Both the position numbers and the translations under genes were made by a program. This document shows positions 45,503 through 59,064 of a DNA stretch of 64,000 nucleotides, one piece after another. The notes under the pieces were generated by a model. That model saw only the letters and a list, made by a program, of their open reading frames with translations, ran no database searches and was not told the DNA's origin. Each line of letters begins with the position of its first letter. Positions within the stretch are counted from its first letter, which is position 1. The stretch spans positions 1,556,261 to 1,620,260 of the forward strand of contig NC_069008.1 in the NCBI RefSeq assembly GCF_001194135.2, written 5' to 3'. This DNA comes from Octopus bimaculoides (taxonomy: Eukaryota).

Positions 45503-46505
45503 ATGGAAAATAAATTATGTGAAAACACAGTTGAATTTAAACCTATTGATTTTCCTGATAATATAAAGAAAGAGAAAAGAGAAACGCCTTCTCTGTGCAG
45601 TATTTGTGGTAGGTCGTTCTCTGACAAAGATCACCTCACTAATCATAAATGTATTCACACAGGAGAGAGGCCATATCATTGTGATGTCTGTGGTAAGTCA
45701 TTCTGTCAAAAAGTTAATTTAACTGTTCATGTACGCGTCCATACAGGAGAGAAACCTTATCACTGTGATGTCTGTGGTAAATCATTCTCTGTAGGAAGTA
45801 CCTTAACAAAACACAAACGCATTCATACAGGAGAGAAACCATATCACTGTGATGTCTGTGGTAAATCATTCTCTGGAAGTAGCAACTTAACTCAACATAA
45901 GCTCTTTCATACAGGTGAGAAACCATATCACTGTGATGTGTGCGGCAAATCATTTTCAAAAAGTCCACACTTAACTGTACATAAACGTGTTCACACAGGA
46001 GAGAAACCGTATCAGTGTGATATCTGTGGTAAATCATTCCCTGGAAGTGGTCCCTTAATAATTCATAAACGTGTTCATACAGGAGAGAAGCCATATCACT
46101 GCGATATTTGTGGTAAATCGTTCTCCCAAAGTACACATTTGACTGTCCATAGAAATAGTCACACAGGAGAAAAACCATATCAGTGTGATATCTGTGGTAA
46201 ATCATTCTCAAAAAGTCCATACTTAACTATACATAAACGTATTCACACAGGAGAAAAACCATATCAGTGTGATATCTGTGGTAAGTTATTCCCTGGAAGT
46301 AGTGCCTTAACCACTCATAAGCGTATTCATACAGGAGAGAAACAATATCACTGCATTGTTTGTGGTAAATCGTTCACGCAAAGTGCGCAATTGACTGTAC
46401 ATAGACGCGTTCATACAGGAGAAAGACCATATCAGTGTGATATCTGTGGTAAATCATTCTCAAAAAATAAATATTTAAGTACTCATAGATGTATTCACAC
46501 AGAAG
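45503..46505 (+). CDS. C2H2 zinc-finger protein B3 (11 fingers, 3' end in gap)
   Basis: ATG 45503 aligns with the B2 start. Finger-for-finger collinear with B2. Runs into Ns at 46506. Confidence 0.85.
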
Positions 46506-49094
46506 NNNNNNNNNNNNNNNNNNNNNNNNNNNNNNNNNNNNNNNNNNNNNNNNNNNNNNNNNNNNNNNNNNNNNNNNNNNNNNNNNNNNNNNNNNNNNNN
46601 NNNNNNNNNNNNNNNNNNNNNNNNNNNNNNNNNNNNNNNNNNNNNNNNNNNNNNNNNNNNNNNNNNNNNNNNNNNNNNNNNNNNNNNNNNNNNNNNNNNN
46701 NNNNNNNNNNNNNNNNNNNNNNNNNNNNNNNNNNNNNNNNNNNNNNNNNNNNNNNNNNNNNNNNNNNNNNNNNNNNNNNNNNNNNNNNNNNNNNNNNNNN
46801 NNNNNNNNNNNNNNNNNNNNNNNNNNNNNNNNNNNNNNNNNNNNNNNNNNNNNNNNNNNNNNNNNNNNNNNNNNNNNNNNNNNNNNNNNNNNNNNNNNNN
46901 NNNNNNNNNNNNNNNNNNNNNNNNNNNNNNNNNNNNNNNNNNNNNNNNNNNNNNNNNNNNNNNNNNNNNNNNNNNNNNNNNNNNNNNNNNNNNNNNNNNN
47001 NNNNNNNNNNNNNNNNNNNNNNNNNNNNNNNNNNNNNNNNNNNNNNNNNNNNNNNNNNNNNNNNNNNNNNNNNNNNNNNNNNNNNNNNNNNNNNNNNNNN
47101 NNNNNNNNNNNNNNNNNNNNNNNNNNNNNNNNNNNNNNNNNNNNNNNNNNNNNNNNNNNNNNNNNNNNNNNNNNNNNNNNNNNNNNNNNNNNNNNNNNNN
47201 NNNNNNNNNNNNNNNNNNNNNNNNNNNNNNNNNNNNNNNNNNNNNNNNNNNNATACACATAGGTGTAGGAGTGGTTGTGTGGTAAATAGCTTGCTTATCA
47301 ACCACATGGTTCTGGGTTCAGTCCCACTGCGTGGCACCTTGGGCAAGTGTCTTCTACTATAGCCTCGGGCCGACCAAAGCCTTGGTAGATTGAAACTGAA
47401 AGAAGCCCATCGTATATATATATATATGTGTGTGTGTGTATGTATATATATATATATATATATACCGATGGTGGTGTGTTTACGTCCCCGTAACTTAGCG
47501 GTTCGGCAAAAGAGACCGATAGAATAAGTACTAGGCTTCCAAAGAAAAAGTCCTGGGGTCGATTTGCTCAACTAAAGGCGGTGCTCCAGCATGTCCACAG
47601 TCAACTGACTGAAACAAGTAAAAGAGTATTGTAATTGAAATACAACTGCACATAGATATAGTCACACATGTGTAAAAATCTCTGTCAGTGTGATATCTAC
47701 AGTTAATCATTTTCTTGGTTATGTCAATTACATAGTCATAAATATATTCTTACTGAAGAGAAATCATGTTTCTCTCTGTTGTAAATCTTTTTGTTAGTTT
47801 ATATACCTTAACTACTCTGAAAAATATTCATCTTGCAAGAGACCCTATCACTGTGACTTCTGTGTTAAATCCTTCTCTGGAGAAGGACACTTAACCACCA
47901 TCATCATCATTGTCTTCATGAACATCTGTTTTCCATGCTGGCATGGGTTGGATGGTTTGACCAGGGCTGGCCAGCAGGAGAGCTGCACCTGGTTCCAGTC
48001 TGATTTTGCTTGGTTTCTACAGCTGGGTGCCCTTCCTAATGCCAACCACTTTACAGTCTATGCTAGGTCCTTTTAACATGGTGCCACCATGGGTGAATGT
48101 ATTTATACAGAATAGAGACTTTATCATTGTCAACATTCAGATTGTCATAAATGTTGTGACAGATGTCCTATTTAATTTTTAATGAAGAAACTTTCATTTT
48201 TCTCATTGGTATCTCTAATAATTTTATGTATATTGTTACTTTATAGTATTTTCAAAATTACTAGAAGCTAGAAAATTAATCTCCATCTGCAAAATTTCCT
48301 TAGTATGTATTGCTGGACTGTGGCCTGACTCACCTTGGATTACAGCAACAATTGTTTCAGTTGATTCATTCAATGGAACAGCCTGCTTGTGAAATTAACA
48401 TACAAGTGGCTGAGCACTCCATAGACACACACACACACTCCTAACATAATTCTTCAGGAGATCTATGTGCTAGTCAATCACTTTTTAAAATTATCCCTAC
48501 AGATTTTCTAGAGAAATTAAAGCTACGTGTAAAAGTTACGACGCGTATACGAATCCGTCTATGGAAACAATGCGATTGAAGATAAGCATTTCATTTTTTG
48601 TCTATCAAATTTGTTCACAAAGCATTGGTCAGTCCATAACTATAGAAGACTCTTGTCCAATGTTCTATGTAGTGGGACTGAACCTAAGACCACATGGTTG
48701 GGAAAGCAAGCTTCTCAACCCTACAGCCACGTCTGCGTCTATATAAACAATATGAATTCATTAATAATGTATCTTCTATACTGTTTAATATACCCTTACT
48801 TGTCCCTCGAGTTGAAAAGCATCTGATTGACTTTTTTGAGTTATTTCCCTTAGGATATTGTCGTTTCATTTAAGTATGTATGTGTATAACTACGCATGCT
48901 TATAAATAAACACATACAAAGATATGTATGACAATGTATATATATATATATCTGTATTCCTTCAGTGTAAGCTCAATAAAAGTTCATTCAGCTTCCAAAC
49001 CACTTTTCTTTGTCTTGTTTTATGTCTCTCTTCCAGCAATATTCTCCTTTATAAAACAATTCCATATTTAATAATGAAACAACTATATCTGTTC

Positions 49095-49378
49095 ATAACT
49101 GGATGGATGCTGTCAGCATCCATCCACACCACATGACCAAACCAGCACAGTCTTCTCTCTTGTACACTGTGTCTATTTCCTCTTATGCCCAGCATTTCTC
49201 TCAATACACTAACACTCTGTAGCACATGTACACTTCCATTACACATCCGGCAAAGCATACCAGCCTCATCCCTCTTTAGCCTTTGCATGCCCTCTGCATT
49301 CAGGACTCGCGTCTCACTTCCAAGCAGAATTGTTTGTATATATGCATCGTACAATCTTCCTTTTACTAGGAGAGACTT
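49095..49378 (-). mobile_element. RTE LINE C-terminal ORF fragment
   Basis: YDAYIQTILLGSET..MQRLKRDEAGMLCRMC..LREMLGIR..VQERRLCWFGHVVWMD. Confidence 0.85.
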
Positions 49379-51011
49379 GTTATATATATATATATATAAA
49401 TATATGTGTGTGTGTGCGTCCTTGTCTTAACATGTTGTGGTAGTTAAAAAACGGTTGTCATGTCATACAAGCATCCGTTCATTTCCTATAATCTGTGAAA
49501 ACATGTCTGGCCATGGGGAATCATTGACTTGCTTTGGAAACAGGTGAGAGTTGGCAACAAAAAGAGCCTCTCATCATAGAAAATCTGCCTGAATTAACTT
49601 TCTGAACCGCATAAGCACAGGAAAGTGGATGTAAAAATGATGGTGTTGATTCACTGTTCCATGAATGCAGACAAGTTGATGTAGATTGCAGTAACTGGCC
49701 CATTGGTCTGTGAACATTTTTGCACCTGGTTGGAGACCCAGCCTTCGAAGTTCTTTTACAGGGCTTAGAAAAACCGAAGGACTGCTGCAATAAGAGTATG
49801 ACTCTTAGTGGGGGAATATGTGGAATAAAATCATAATTAACTGATCCTCCAGTATTTTCTTTTTTATCCAAAGCCAGGAACTTTTCAGCACCCTCTTGTA
49901 TGTGTGCGTCAATGAATGATAATAAAGCAGATAGAAAATTTGGGTTAGCTATGGCTGGTTTAAATGCTAAAAAATCTACAACTTTTGCCATAAACTGTTC
50001 AAGTCAATGAATTCTATAATTTATAGTTGCATCAGCACGTTTTACTTAGATGTTCAACATCAAAAATGACAGGAGAATAATTGAAAAATAAACAAGCTTT
50101 ATTTAGATATCAAAATATCAAAAATATTGACTCAAAGCGGCAAGANNNNNNNNNNNNNNNNNNNNNNNNNNNNNNTTAACACACTGGGCAAAAGGATTAG
50201 TAGCATTTCATTTGGCTTCTTTTTCTGAGTTCAAATTCCACTGAGGTCGACTTTGCCTTTCGTCCTTTTGGGGTTGATAAATTAAGTACCAGTTAAACAC
50301 AAGGGTTGATGCAATTGACTTGCTTCATCCACCAAAATTACAACTTTGCATCAAAATTTGAAACCAATATCAAAAATATTAACAGTGATGAAGTAGGAAC
50401 TCTGGATTATAGAATTTACAGCTGAGATGATTAAAAACTGAGAAAATATGGTGATATCTTGGGCATAGCCATTCGATGTTTAAAACCTAGTTTTATAGAA
50501 ACTTCTTTCAAAATTCCTATTTTGTTTTTCACACATTTACTTGTGTTGGTTGAACAATGTAAAATGTTGGAGAAAGAAACCTGGCTGTCTCTTGCAATAA
50601 AATACCAATAGACACATCTAAAGCAAAAGTTATTCAGGGACCCTTAAAATATTAGTGTGGATCACTAATTTATTATTTTGTTTGGTGGACCCTCAAAAGT
50701 CTTATATGGACCCTCAGAGGCCATATGGGCCCTGGTTGAGAACCACTGATTTAGATACTGAAACAGTGCTGGCACCACATAAAAAGCACCTGTGCCGGCG
50801 TCACATAAAGAGCACCCATGCCAGCACCATGTAATAAGCTCCCAGTACACTCTGTAAAGCAAGTGGTATTAGGAAGAGCTCTCAGGTGTAAAAACCAGGC
50901 CAAAATAAATGTCAGAAGCCTGGTGCAGCTCACTGGCTTACCAGCTCCAGTCAAACCGTCCAACCCATGCCAGCATAGAAAACAAACATTAAATGATGAT
51001 GATAATTGTAA

Positions 51012-51971
51012 CTATATATTTTTAAATCTTGAATGAATATGCACGTGTTTAGTTAAAGTTCTTTGACGATAGAATGATTTTCCACAAATATCACAGGTGT
51101 GTGGTTTTCTACCTGTATGAACGCACAGGTGTGCGATTAAAGTACCTGCCTGAGCAAATGATTTACCACAGACATTACAGTGATATGGCTTTTCCCCCGT
51201 ATGACTACGCAGGTGTTTAGTTAAAGCACTTGAATGAGAGAATGATTTACCACAGAGGTCACAGACATACGGTTTCTCACCTGTGTGGATGCGTTCATGG
51301 GTTGTTAAATCATTACTTCGAGAAAACGATTTACCACAGATAAGGCAATGGTGTGGCTTCTCCTGTGTATGAGTCTGTTTATGTACTGTCAAGAGATCAT
51401 TTTGAAAGAATGATTTTCTACAGATATCACAACGAAATGGTTTCTCTCCTACATGAATTCGTCTATGTTCAAGTAATGCATTTCTCTGAGAAAATGATTC
51501 ACCACAGATATCACAGTGACAGGGTTTCTCTCCAGTATGAATACGTCTGTGAATAATTAACTGGAGATTTCGAATAAATGATTGGCCACAGACATCACAG
51601 TGATATGGCTTCTCTCCTGTGTGAAGACGTTTATGTTTAGTTAATGTACTACCTACAGAGAAAGACTGGCCACAGCTATTACAGTGGAATGGTTTCTCAC
51701 CTGTATGAATGTGTCTGTGAGTAGTTAAGGTACTTTTCACAGAGAACGATTTCCCACAAATATCACACCTGTATGGTTTTTCACCTGTATGAATGCGCTT
51801 GTGAGTAGTTAAGTTACGTTTTTCAGAGAAAGATTTATTACAGATATCACACTGATATGGTTTCTCACCTGTATGAGTTCGTATGTGAGTAGTTAATGTG
51901 CTATTTCCAGAGAAAGATTTTCCACAGATGTCACAATGATATGGCTTCTCACCTGTATGAACACGTTTGTG
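51012..51971 (-). pseudogene. Inverted, 5'-less family-B-like C2H2 ZNF (11 intact fingers + half finger)
   Basis: Frame is open from 51971 to the stop at 51012 with no ATG; TAG lies immediately upstream (51974-51972), followed by a SINE stack. Shares the VGSTLTKH finger with B2/B3. Confidence 0.7.
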
Positions 51972-51984
51972 CTAATGACTGCCT

Positions 51985-52905
51985 GCTTACTGCCTTTAAT
52001 AATGATTTCAAATTTTGGCACAGGGCCAGCAATTTCATGGAAGGGCTTAGATCGACTCCAGTGTTTAACTGGCGTTTATTTTATTGGCCTCGGTGGAATT
52101 TGAACTCAGAACGTAAAGATAGACCAGTGGTTCCCAACCTGTAGTAGTCCGTGAATTATATTAGGCTGCAGTCTAATGACTGAAACAGGGATAAGCATAT
52201 TAAAAGGGGTCCGTAGGAAAACTCATTTAAATGAAAGGATTGGGAACCACTGAGATAGATGAAATGTCACTATGCCTTTTAGCCCGGCGTGCTAACGATT
52301 CTGTCAGCTTTCTGGCTTTAAAATGATTTCAGATTTTGGCACAAGGCCAGCAAGTTCGGCGGAGGGGTAAGTCAATTGCATCGACTCCAATTTGCAACTG
52401 GCATTTATTTTATCGACCCCGAAAGGATGGAAGACAAAGTCGGCTTCGGCGGAATTTGAGCTCAGAACAAAGGGACAGACGATATGAGGCTAAGCATTTT
52501 GCCCAGCGTGCTAATCTACCAGCTCGCTGTCTTAATAATCCTTTCTACTATACGCACAAAGCCTAGAATTAGACGGGAGGGGAACAGTCGATTACATCGA
52601 CTCCAGTGCTTCACTGCTACTTAATCTATCGACCCCGAAAGGATGAAAGGCAAAGTCGACCTCGGCAGAATTTGAACGCAAAACGCAGCGGTGGCCGAAA
52701 TACCGCTAAGCATTCCGTCCAGTGTGCTAACCACTGTGCCAGCTCGTCGCCTTAATAATAATCCTTCCTTCCTACTATAGGCACAGAGCCTGAAATTTGT
52801 GGGGAGGGGATGAGCCGATCACATCCACCCTAACACTTGACTGGTGCTTAATTTATCGACTCCGAAGAAATTTGAAGTCAGACCGTAGCGCTAACGATTC
52901 TGCTT
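51985..52905 (-). mobile_element. Head-to-tail stack of at least four Nin-type SINE copies
   Basis: Repeated tttggcacaaggccagc / atcgaccccgaaaggatg / gaatttgaactcagaac units at ~52000, 52330, 52550 and 52780. Confidence 0.75.
52125..52252. mobile_element. hAT-type MITE nested in a SINE
   Basis: TIR CAGTGGTTCCCAA / TTGGGAACCACTG; TSD agatagac (52117-52124) / agatagat (52253-52260). Confidence 0.85.
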
Positions 52906-54377
52906 AGCTCTGACCTGTTTGNNNNNNNNNNNNNNNNNNNNNNNNNNNNNNNNNNNNNNNNNNNNNNNNNNNNNNNNNNNNNNNATATCAGTTTTAAAAA
53001 ACAATTATGAAAGAGCTACCAAAACGTACGTGCTTAACGATACTTTAAGCTGACAGATTTATGAAACATGTCATGTATCACCAAGCAATTTTCGAGTTCT
53101 GTTCGTCCGTTAGATATATTTTAATACCAGGACGCTGGACACTGAGAAAGTGAAAGAAAAAAAAACGAGAGGAAAAAGAAGCAAAAAAAAAGGTTGATGC
53201 AAAAAGTGGAACGAGTATAAGGAAAAAATTATGAAAACCACGATCGTCCACTTTGATTGTAGAATATAAACAATGTCTGTAATGTTTTTGGCGATCCTTA
53301 GTTACTGGTATACAGACTGAAGCATGAGGAGACAACGTCATTTACCCTGTTTTTCAGACTAGCCCCTTTGTGTCATGCGGTAAGATTGTGTGGGTGAATG
53401 ATATCGTTTACCAATACCGAAAGATTGCCATGTTGTTAAATGTATGGGAAACAAAAACTACGTTTTGTTTTATGACTTACATAAAACTATTAAACTAAAA
53501 GAAACATTAATTGGGCCGTTACGCTTGTTTTCACTTTTAAATATGTAGACTTTTGCTTTGGATTTGAGGCAAATTGGTTGGCTATCTTTCGCATGATGAA
53601 GGAGCACGAAAATACTATTTCGTTGATAAGTAATAATTATTTTTCTGGCAAAATACCTTTTGATTAACGACGGGTTGGATTAATTGAAAGAATGGCATTT
53701 CTGACTGGATTAAATTATGCTAGGGACTTTTAACCTATGTCACCGATATATATTCATCGCTTAGGCAATAATAATTATCTTATATTAAGAGCACATATTA
53801 ATGTTGGTGGATAACATACGATTGCCTACTTGTTTCAGGGTCAGTGTTCTATCACCTTCATCATTAATTAATTTCATCATAAATGAAGTTCGATCGTCGA
53901 TTGTTTGCAACTCATATGGAAGATCATTGCACGTACGTTCCAATCGTTAATGTCAAATTGCATCGCCCTATCTTGCAATGATTTACTATTTATGCTANNN
54001 NNNNNNNNNNNNNNNNNNNNNNNNNNNNNNNNNNNNNNNNNNNNNNNNNNNNNNNNNNNNNNNNNNNNNNNNNNNNNNNNNNNNNNNNNNNNNNNNNNNN
54101 NNNNNNNNNNNNNNNNNNNNNNNNNNNNNNNNNNNNNNNNNNNNNNNNNNNNNNNNNNNNNNNNNNNNNNNNNNNNNNNNNNNNNNNNNNNNNNNNNNNN
54201 NNNNNNNNNNNNNNNNNNNNNNNNNNNNNNNNNNNNNNNNNNNNNNNNNNNNNNNNNNNNNNNNNNNNNNNNNNNNNNNNNNNNNNNNNNNNNNNNNNNN
54301 NNNNNNNNNNNNNNNNNNNNNNNNNNNNNNNNNATATTAATACAGAAATTTCTCCGGTTTTTAAGAATTCCTCAAGA

Positions 54378-55535
54378 ATGGAAATGCAGGACATTAATCA
54401 GTTGAACACTTCTAACCCGACTGTTCAGACCGATACAGAAACAGTTACACAGATATGCAGCGACGAAAAGCCTTTAATTAGTGAAACTAAAGAAAGATTA
54501 TTGGATAAAAGAAATATTCCTGAATATCGCTGTGGGATTTGTAGGAAAACATTCTCTTCAAAACATGAAGTTTTAACGCACAAAGAAATACACAAAACAG
54601 AGAAACTATATCGATGTGAAATGTGTGACAAATATTTTGCTACTAATAGTAATTTAACAAAACACAAAAAATTACACAGTGAAGAAAAACCACATCAGTG
54701 TGAAATATGTGAGAAATCGTTTGTCTATAAAAGTTATCTAACAAGGCACAAGAGAATACATACCGCAGACAAAAACTATTGTTGTGAAATATGTGGGAAA
54801 GCATTCTTTGAAGAATATGATCTTGTAGTTCACATAAGAATCCACACTGGAGAAAAACTCTATCATTGTGAAACTTGTGGAAAATCATTCTGTCATCGTT
54901 TTACTCTCGTAGCTCATCAAAGAATACACAGTGGAGAAAAGCCATTTCACTGTGACATATGTGGGAAAACTTTTGGGATGAAATCTGATTTAACAAACCA
55001 CGTGAGGATACATACTGGAGAGAAACCCTACGTCTGTGATCTCTGTGGGAAATCGTTTACTGTTAGCAGCGTTTTAAAATCACACTGGAGAATTCACACA
55101 GGAGAAAAACCATTCCGCTGTAAAATATGTGGGAAATCGTTCTATACGAATTCCAGTCTTGTGGTTCACCAAAGGAGACACACGGGAGAAAGACCCTATC
55201 ATTGTGAAATATGTGATAAATATTTTGCCTTTAGTGGTAACTTAACAACACACAAGCGGATACATTCGGAAGAAAGGCCTTATCGTTGTGAAACATGTGG
55301 GCAGTCATTTAAAAATAATTCTCATTTACAGACACACAAACGAATACATAGCGGAGAGAAGCCCTTCCATTGTGAAGTATGCGGGAAATCGTTCTCTGAT
55401 AGTTCTAATCTTATAGTTCACAAAAGGACACATACCGGGGATAAACACTTCATCTGTCAAACATGTGGGAAATCGTTTTGTGTGAAAGCAAATCTTGTTG
55501 CTCACCAAAGAATACACAGTGCAATAAAACCATGA
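54378..55535 (+). CDS. C2H2 zinc-finger protein C1 (12 fingers)
   Basis: 385-aa ORF. Leader MEMQDINQLNTSNPTVQT is distantly similar to the A leader. Confidence 0.92.
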   Translation: MEMQDINQLNTSNPTVQTDTETVTQICSDEKPLISETKERLLDKRNIPEYRCGICRKTFSSKHEVLTHKEIHKTEKLYRCEMCDKYFATNSNLTKHKKLHSEEKPHQCEICEKSFVYKSYLTRHKRIHTADKNYCCEICGKAFFEEYDLVVHIRIHTGEKLYHCETCGKSFCHRFTLVAHQRIHSGEKPFHCDICGKTFGMKSDLTNHVRIHTGEKPYVCDLCGKSFTVSSVLKSHWRIHTGEKPFRCKICGKSFYTNSSLVVHQRRHTGERPYHCEICDKYFAFSGNLTTHKRIHSEERPYRCETCGQSFKNNSHLQTHKRIHSGEKPFHCEVCGKSFSDSSNLIVHKRTHTGDKHFICQTCGKSFCVKANLVAHQRIHSAIKP

Positions 55536-55879
55536 AAATATTTTCGATCAATGATTTAAAAAAAAGGCACTGAAGAATCGACACTGAAGAAAAACCGTTC
55601 TAGTCTTAGAGTTCATATACATAGTCAGGGGTCTTGTTTGCCTTTAAAATGTGAGGGAGACAAACCAACATTTGTTGATTCTTAAAGAAACATGTTAGTA
55701 GTGCTTGTGGTGCCTTTCCCAGACCCTATCCCATAAGTAAAGTTTTACGCTAATTAAATATTATATATTCAAATGAAGTTCAGATATAGAAAAATAAGCT
55801 TAAAAAGAATTCATTATATTTTAGTGAAGACTGCATCTTCGTTAAAATATCAAATAATCAAAAAGTAAAACATCTCTAC

Positions 55880-56330
55880 GAACGTGGTATATTAGAATAT
55901 GATTCAACCTTTTGATGAGTCATGATCAATCACAGCCAAGTTTTGAGTCACTGCAGTGGTCTAAAAGATCTTTCATCTTCACAAGAACTGGTTGGAAACA
56001 CTGTACGTAGACTGAGCAATCACTCAACGTTTGGAAAAATGTGATGGACTTCTGGTTGCATTTCACCAAATATTTTACAATGATCCTCCAGAGATGGTTC
56101 ACAATGATGATTTCTATAAAAAAGTATTTCATTCCTTAAAGAAAATTCATCAAGCTCTGGATACTGCATGATCACTTCAGCACAAAATTTCCATTGAGTA
56201 AAATATTGCTCAGTTTTTCATAATCTGCTAAATCCTGAAAAAAAAAAAAAATCTTTCATATTTGCTATTGCAGTATCCATTACCTGCAAATACTCTGCAC
56301 TCCCTAATGATCCAAAACAGTATTGATATT
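55880..56330 (-). mobile_element. hAT transposase C-terminal (dimerisation domain) remnant
   Basis: YLQVMDTAIANMKD..YPELDEFSL..IFPNVE*LLSLRTVFPTSSCEDERSFRPLQ*LKTWL*LIMT. Confidence 0.75.
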
Positions 56331-56737
56331 TTAATGCATTTCCATCGTGGTATCTTTACCCGCCATATTAGCTGCACCAAAGACCAAGCATTCAACTCCA
56401 TCATGCACCAATGCCGGCCTGTGTGTGTATGTATGTATGTATATATGCATGTGTGTGTATGTTAGTATGTATGTGTAAGTATACACCCACACCTTTCATC
56501 ACCATTGCTTCTTTTTCTTTTCATTTCTGGTGTTCTTATAACTGTTGACATTGTTCTTACTTTCACTTTTGATTTCTTTCGTTTTTCTCTTATTTTGCAT
56601 GGGAGTTTGTTGACAAGCTTCATTTCCTTAAAATTCATTTAAGGTAAACCCTCGTATCTTTTTCTTCCTCTGGCTTGTGGGTCACTTAAATTCATGGGCT
56701 TCAGCTGACCCCACCCTTTGGTGGGCCTCTATGTGTG

Positions 56738-56779
<42 letters not shown>

Positions 56780-57153
56780 GTGTGCATGTGTGTTTGCAAA
56801 TTGACTCTTCCTGATTCAACTATCTTCAAAAAAAACTCTTTCTTAAAAAGAGAACATTTANNNNNNNNNNNNNNNNNNNNNNNNNNNNNNNNNNNNNNNN
56901 NNNNNNNNNNNNNNNNNNNNNNNNNNNNNNNNNNNNNNNNNNNNNNNNNNNNNNNNNNNNNNNNNNNNNNNNNNNNNNNNNNNNNNNNNNNNNNNNNNNN
57001 NNNNNNNNTTTTTCGTTTCTTTCTGTGTTCCTTTCAGTTGAAGAGCGTAGCTCGAAACGTCAAAGACTTTCTCTATTCCTGACCGTTAAACTAATACATC
57101 CATTTGTTGTTTACACCACCTGTCTTCGTCTGTTGTTTTTTTCGTAAATTCTC

Positions 57154-57195
<42 letters not shown>

Positions 57196-58344
57196 AGAAA
57201 AAGCTCAGTTGAAAAAAGGTGATGGTTTTTATAAGTGTCATGATCAATGAAAATGCCTGAGATGTTAATAATTCATTATCATCATCATCATTTAACATTC
57301 ATTGTCCATGCTGATATGGGTTGGAGAGTTTTGCCGGATGAAACTAGATTGAGGATTGTTATGGGGTGTGGACCTCCAATATGTTTTTTGTGTGGAGTAA
57401 TAGTATGTATCTTGTTGCTTTGAGATTTTGATGAGGCACTTTAATTTTTAGTAAGATATTGTATGGTAGGTATGAGAGGCCAGATCTGACCGGTTTGAAT
57501 ATAAAGAAGAATGTTTTGGCTAGATACGGCCAGTCTAATGCTAAATGGTTTAATCTTATGAATCAGTTTTGTACAGTGTTTGATATCTTAGTATAAAATA
57601 TATAACATTTGTATACACACATTATAACAATTTAATATAGAATTACGAAAGAGCTACTAATAGGTATATGCTTGACGATACTTTAAACTGGCAGGTTTAT
57701 AAAACATGCCGTGTATCTCCAAGCAATCATTCGGGATCTGTTCATACAATACCACAACGCTGGACACTGAGAAAGTGAAGAAGAAGAAAAGAAAAAAAGA
57801 GAGGAAAAGTTGGTGCAAAAGGTGGAACGAGTATAAAGAAAAGAATAAGAAAACCCAGATCGTCCTCTTTGATTGTAGAAACTATATTACACGTTAGATA
57901 TAAACTATGTCTGTAATTTGTTTGGCTATCCTTAGTTACTGGTATACAGACTGAGGCATGAGGGGGCAACGTCATTTACTCTGTTTTTCAGACTAGCCTC
58001 TTTGTGTCATGCAGGAAGATTGTGTGGGTGAATTATATCGTTTACCAATACCGAAAGATTGCCATGTTATTCCATGTATGGGAAACAAGAACTACGTCCT
58101 GTTTAATAACTTACATGAACCCATTAAACCAAAAGAAACATTAATTAGGCCGATAAGCTTGTTTTCACTTTTAGATATGTAGATTTTAGCTTTGGATTCA
58201 TGATTTGAGGCAAATTCGGTGGCTATTTTTCGCAGGCTGAAGGTNNNNNNNNNNNNNNNNNNNNNNNNNNNNNNNNNNNNNNNNNNNNNNNNNNNNNNNN
58301 NNNNNNNNNNNNNNNNNNNNNNNNNNNNNNNNNNNNNNNNNNNN

Positions 58345-59064
58345 TATGATCTTGTAGTTCACATAAGAATCCACACTGGAGAAAAACGCTATCATTGTGA
58401 AACTTGTGGGAAGTCTTTCTGTCATCGTTCTACTCTTATACCTCATCAAAGAATACACAGTGGAGAAAGGCCGTTTCACTGTGACATATGTGGGAAAACT
58501 TTTGTGATCAAATGTGATCTAACAAACCACGTGAGGATACATACTGGAGAGAAACCCTACAACTGTGATCTCTGTGGGAAATCGTTTACTGTTAACAGCC
58601 ACTTAAAATCACACAGGAGGACTCACACTGGAGAACGACCATACCGCTGTAAAATTTGTGGGAAATCTTTTAGTGAGAATTCCAGTCTTGTGGTTCACCA
58701 AGGGAAACACACTGGAGAAAAGCCTTATCGTTGTGAAATATGTGATAAATATTTTGCTTCTAATGGTAACTTAACAGCACATAGAAGGATACACACGGGA
58801 GAAAGGCCCTATCATTGTGAAACATGTGGGCAGTCATTTAAAAATAATTCTCATTTACAGACACACAAACGAATACATAGTGGAGAGAAGCCCTTCCATT
58901 GTGAAGTATGCGGGAAATCGTTCTCTGATAGTTCTAATCTTATAGTTCACAAAAGGACACATACCGGGGATAAACGCTTCATCTGTAAGACTTGTGGGAA
59001 ATCGTTTTATGGGAAATCAAGTCTTGTTGTTCACCAAAGAGTACACAGTGCAATAAAACCATGA
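58345..59064 (+). CDS. C2H2 zinc-finger protein C2 (8 intact fingers visible, 5' end in gap)
   Basis: Collinear with C1 fingers 4-12 and ends in the same HSAIKP*. Confidence 0.85.
   Translation, partial: YDLVVHIRIHTGEKRYHCETCGKSFCHRSTLIPHQRIHSGERPFHCDICGKTFVIKCDLTNHVRIHTGEKPYNCDLCGKSFTVNSHLKSHRRTHTGERPYRCKICGKSFSENSSLVVHQGKHTGEKPYRCEICDKYFASNGNLTAHRRIHTGERPYHCETCGQSFKNNSHLQTHKRIHSGEKPFHCEVCGKSFSDSSNLIVHKRTHTGDKRFICKTCGKSFYGKSSLVVHQRVHSAIKP

Noticed and set aside
49521-49991. 156-aa minus-strand ORF
   Set aside because: No recognisable domain; it crosses a mariner-like terminal sequence (49871-49900) and other repeat fragments.
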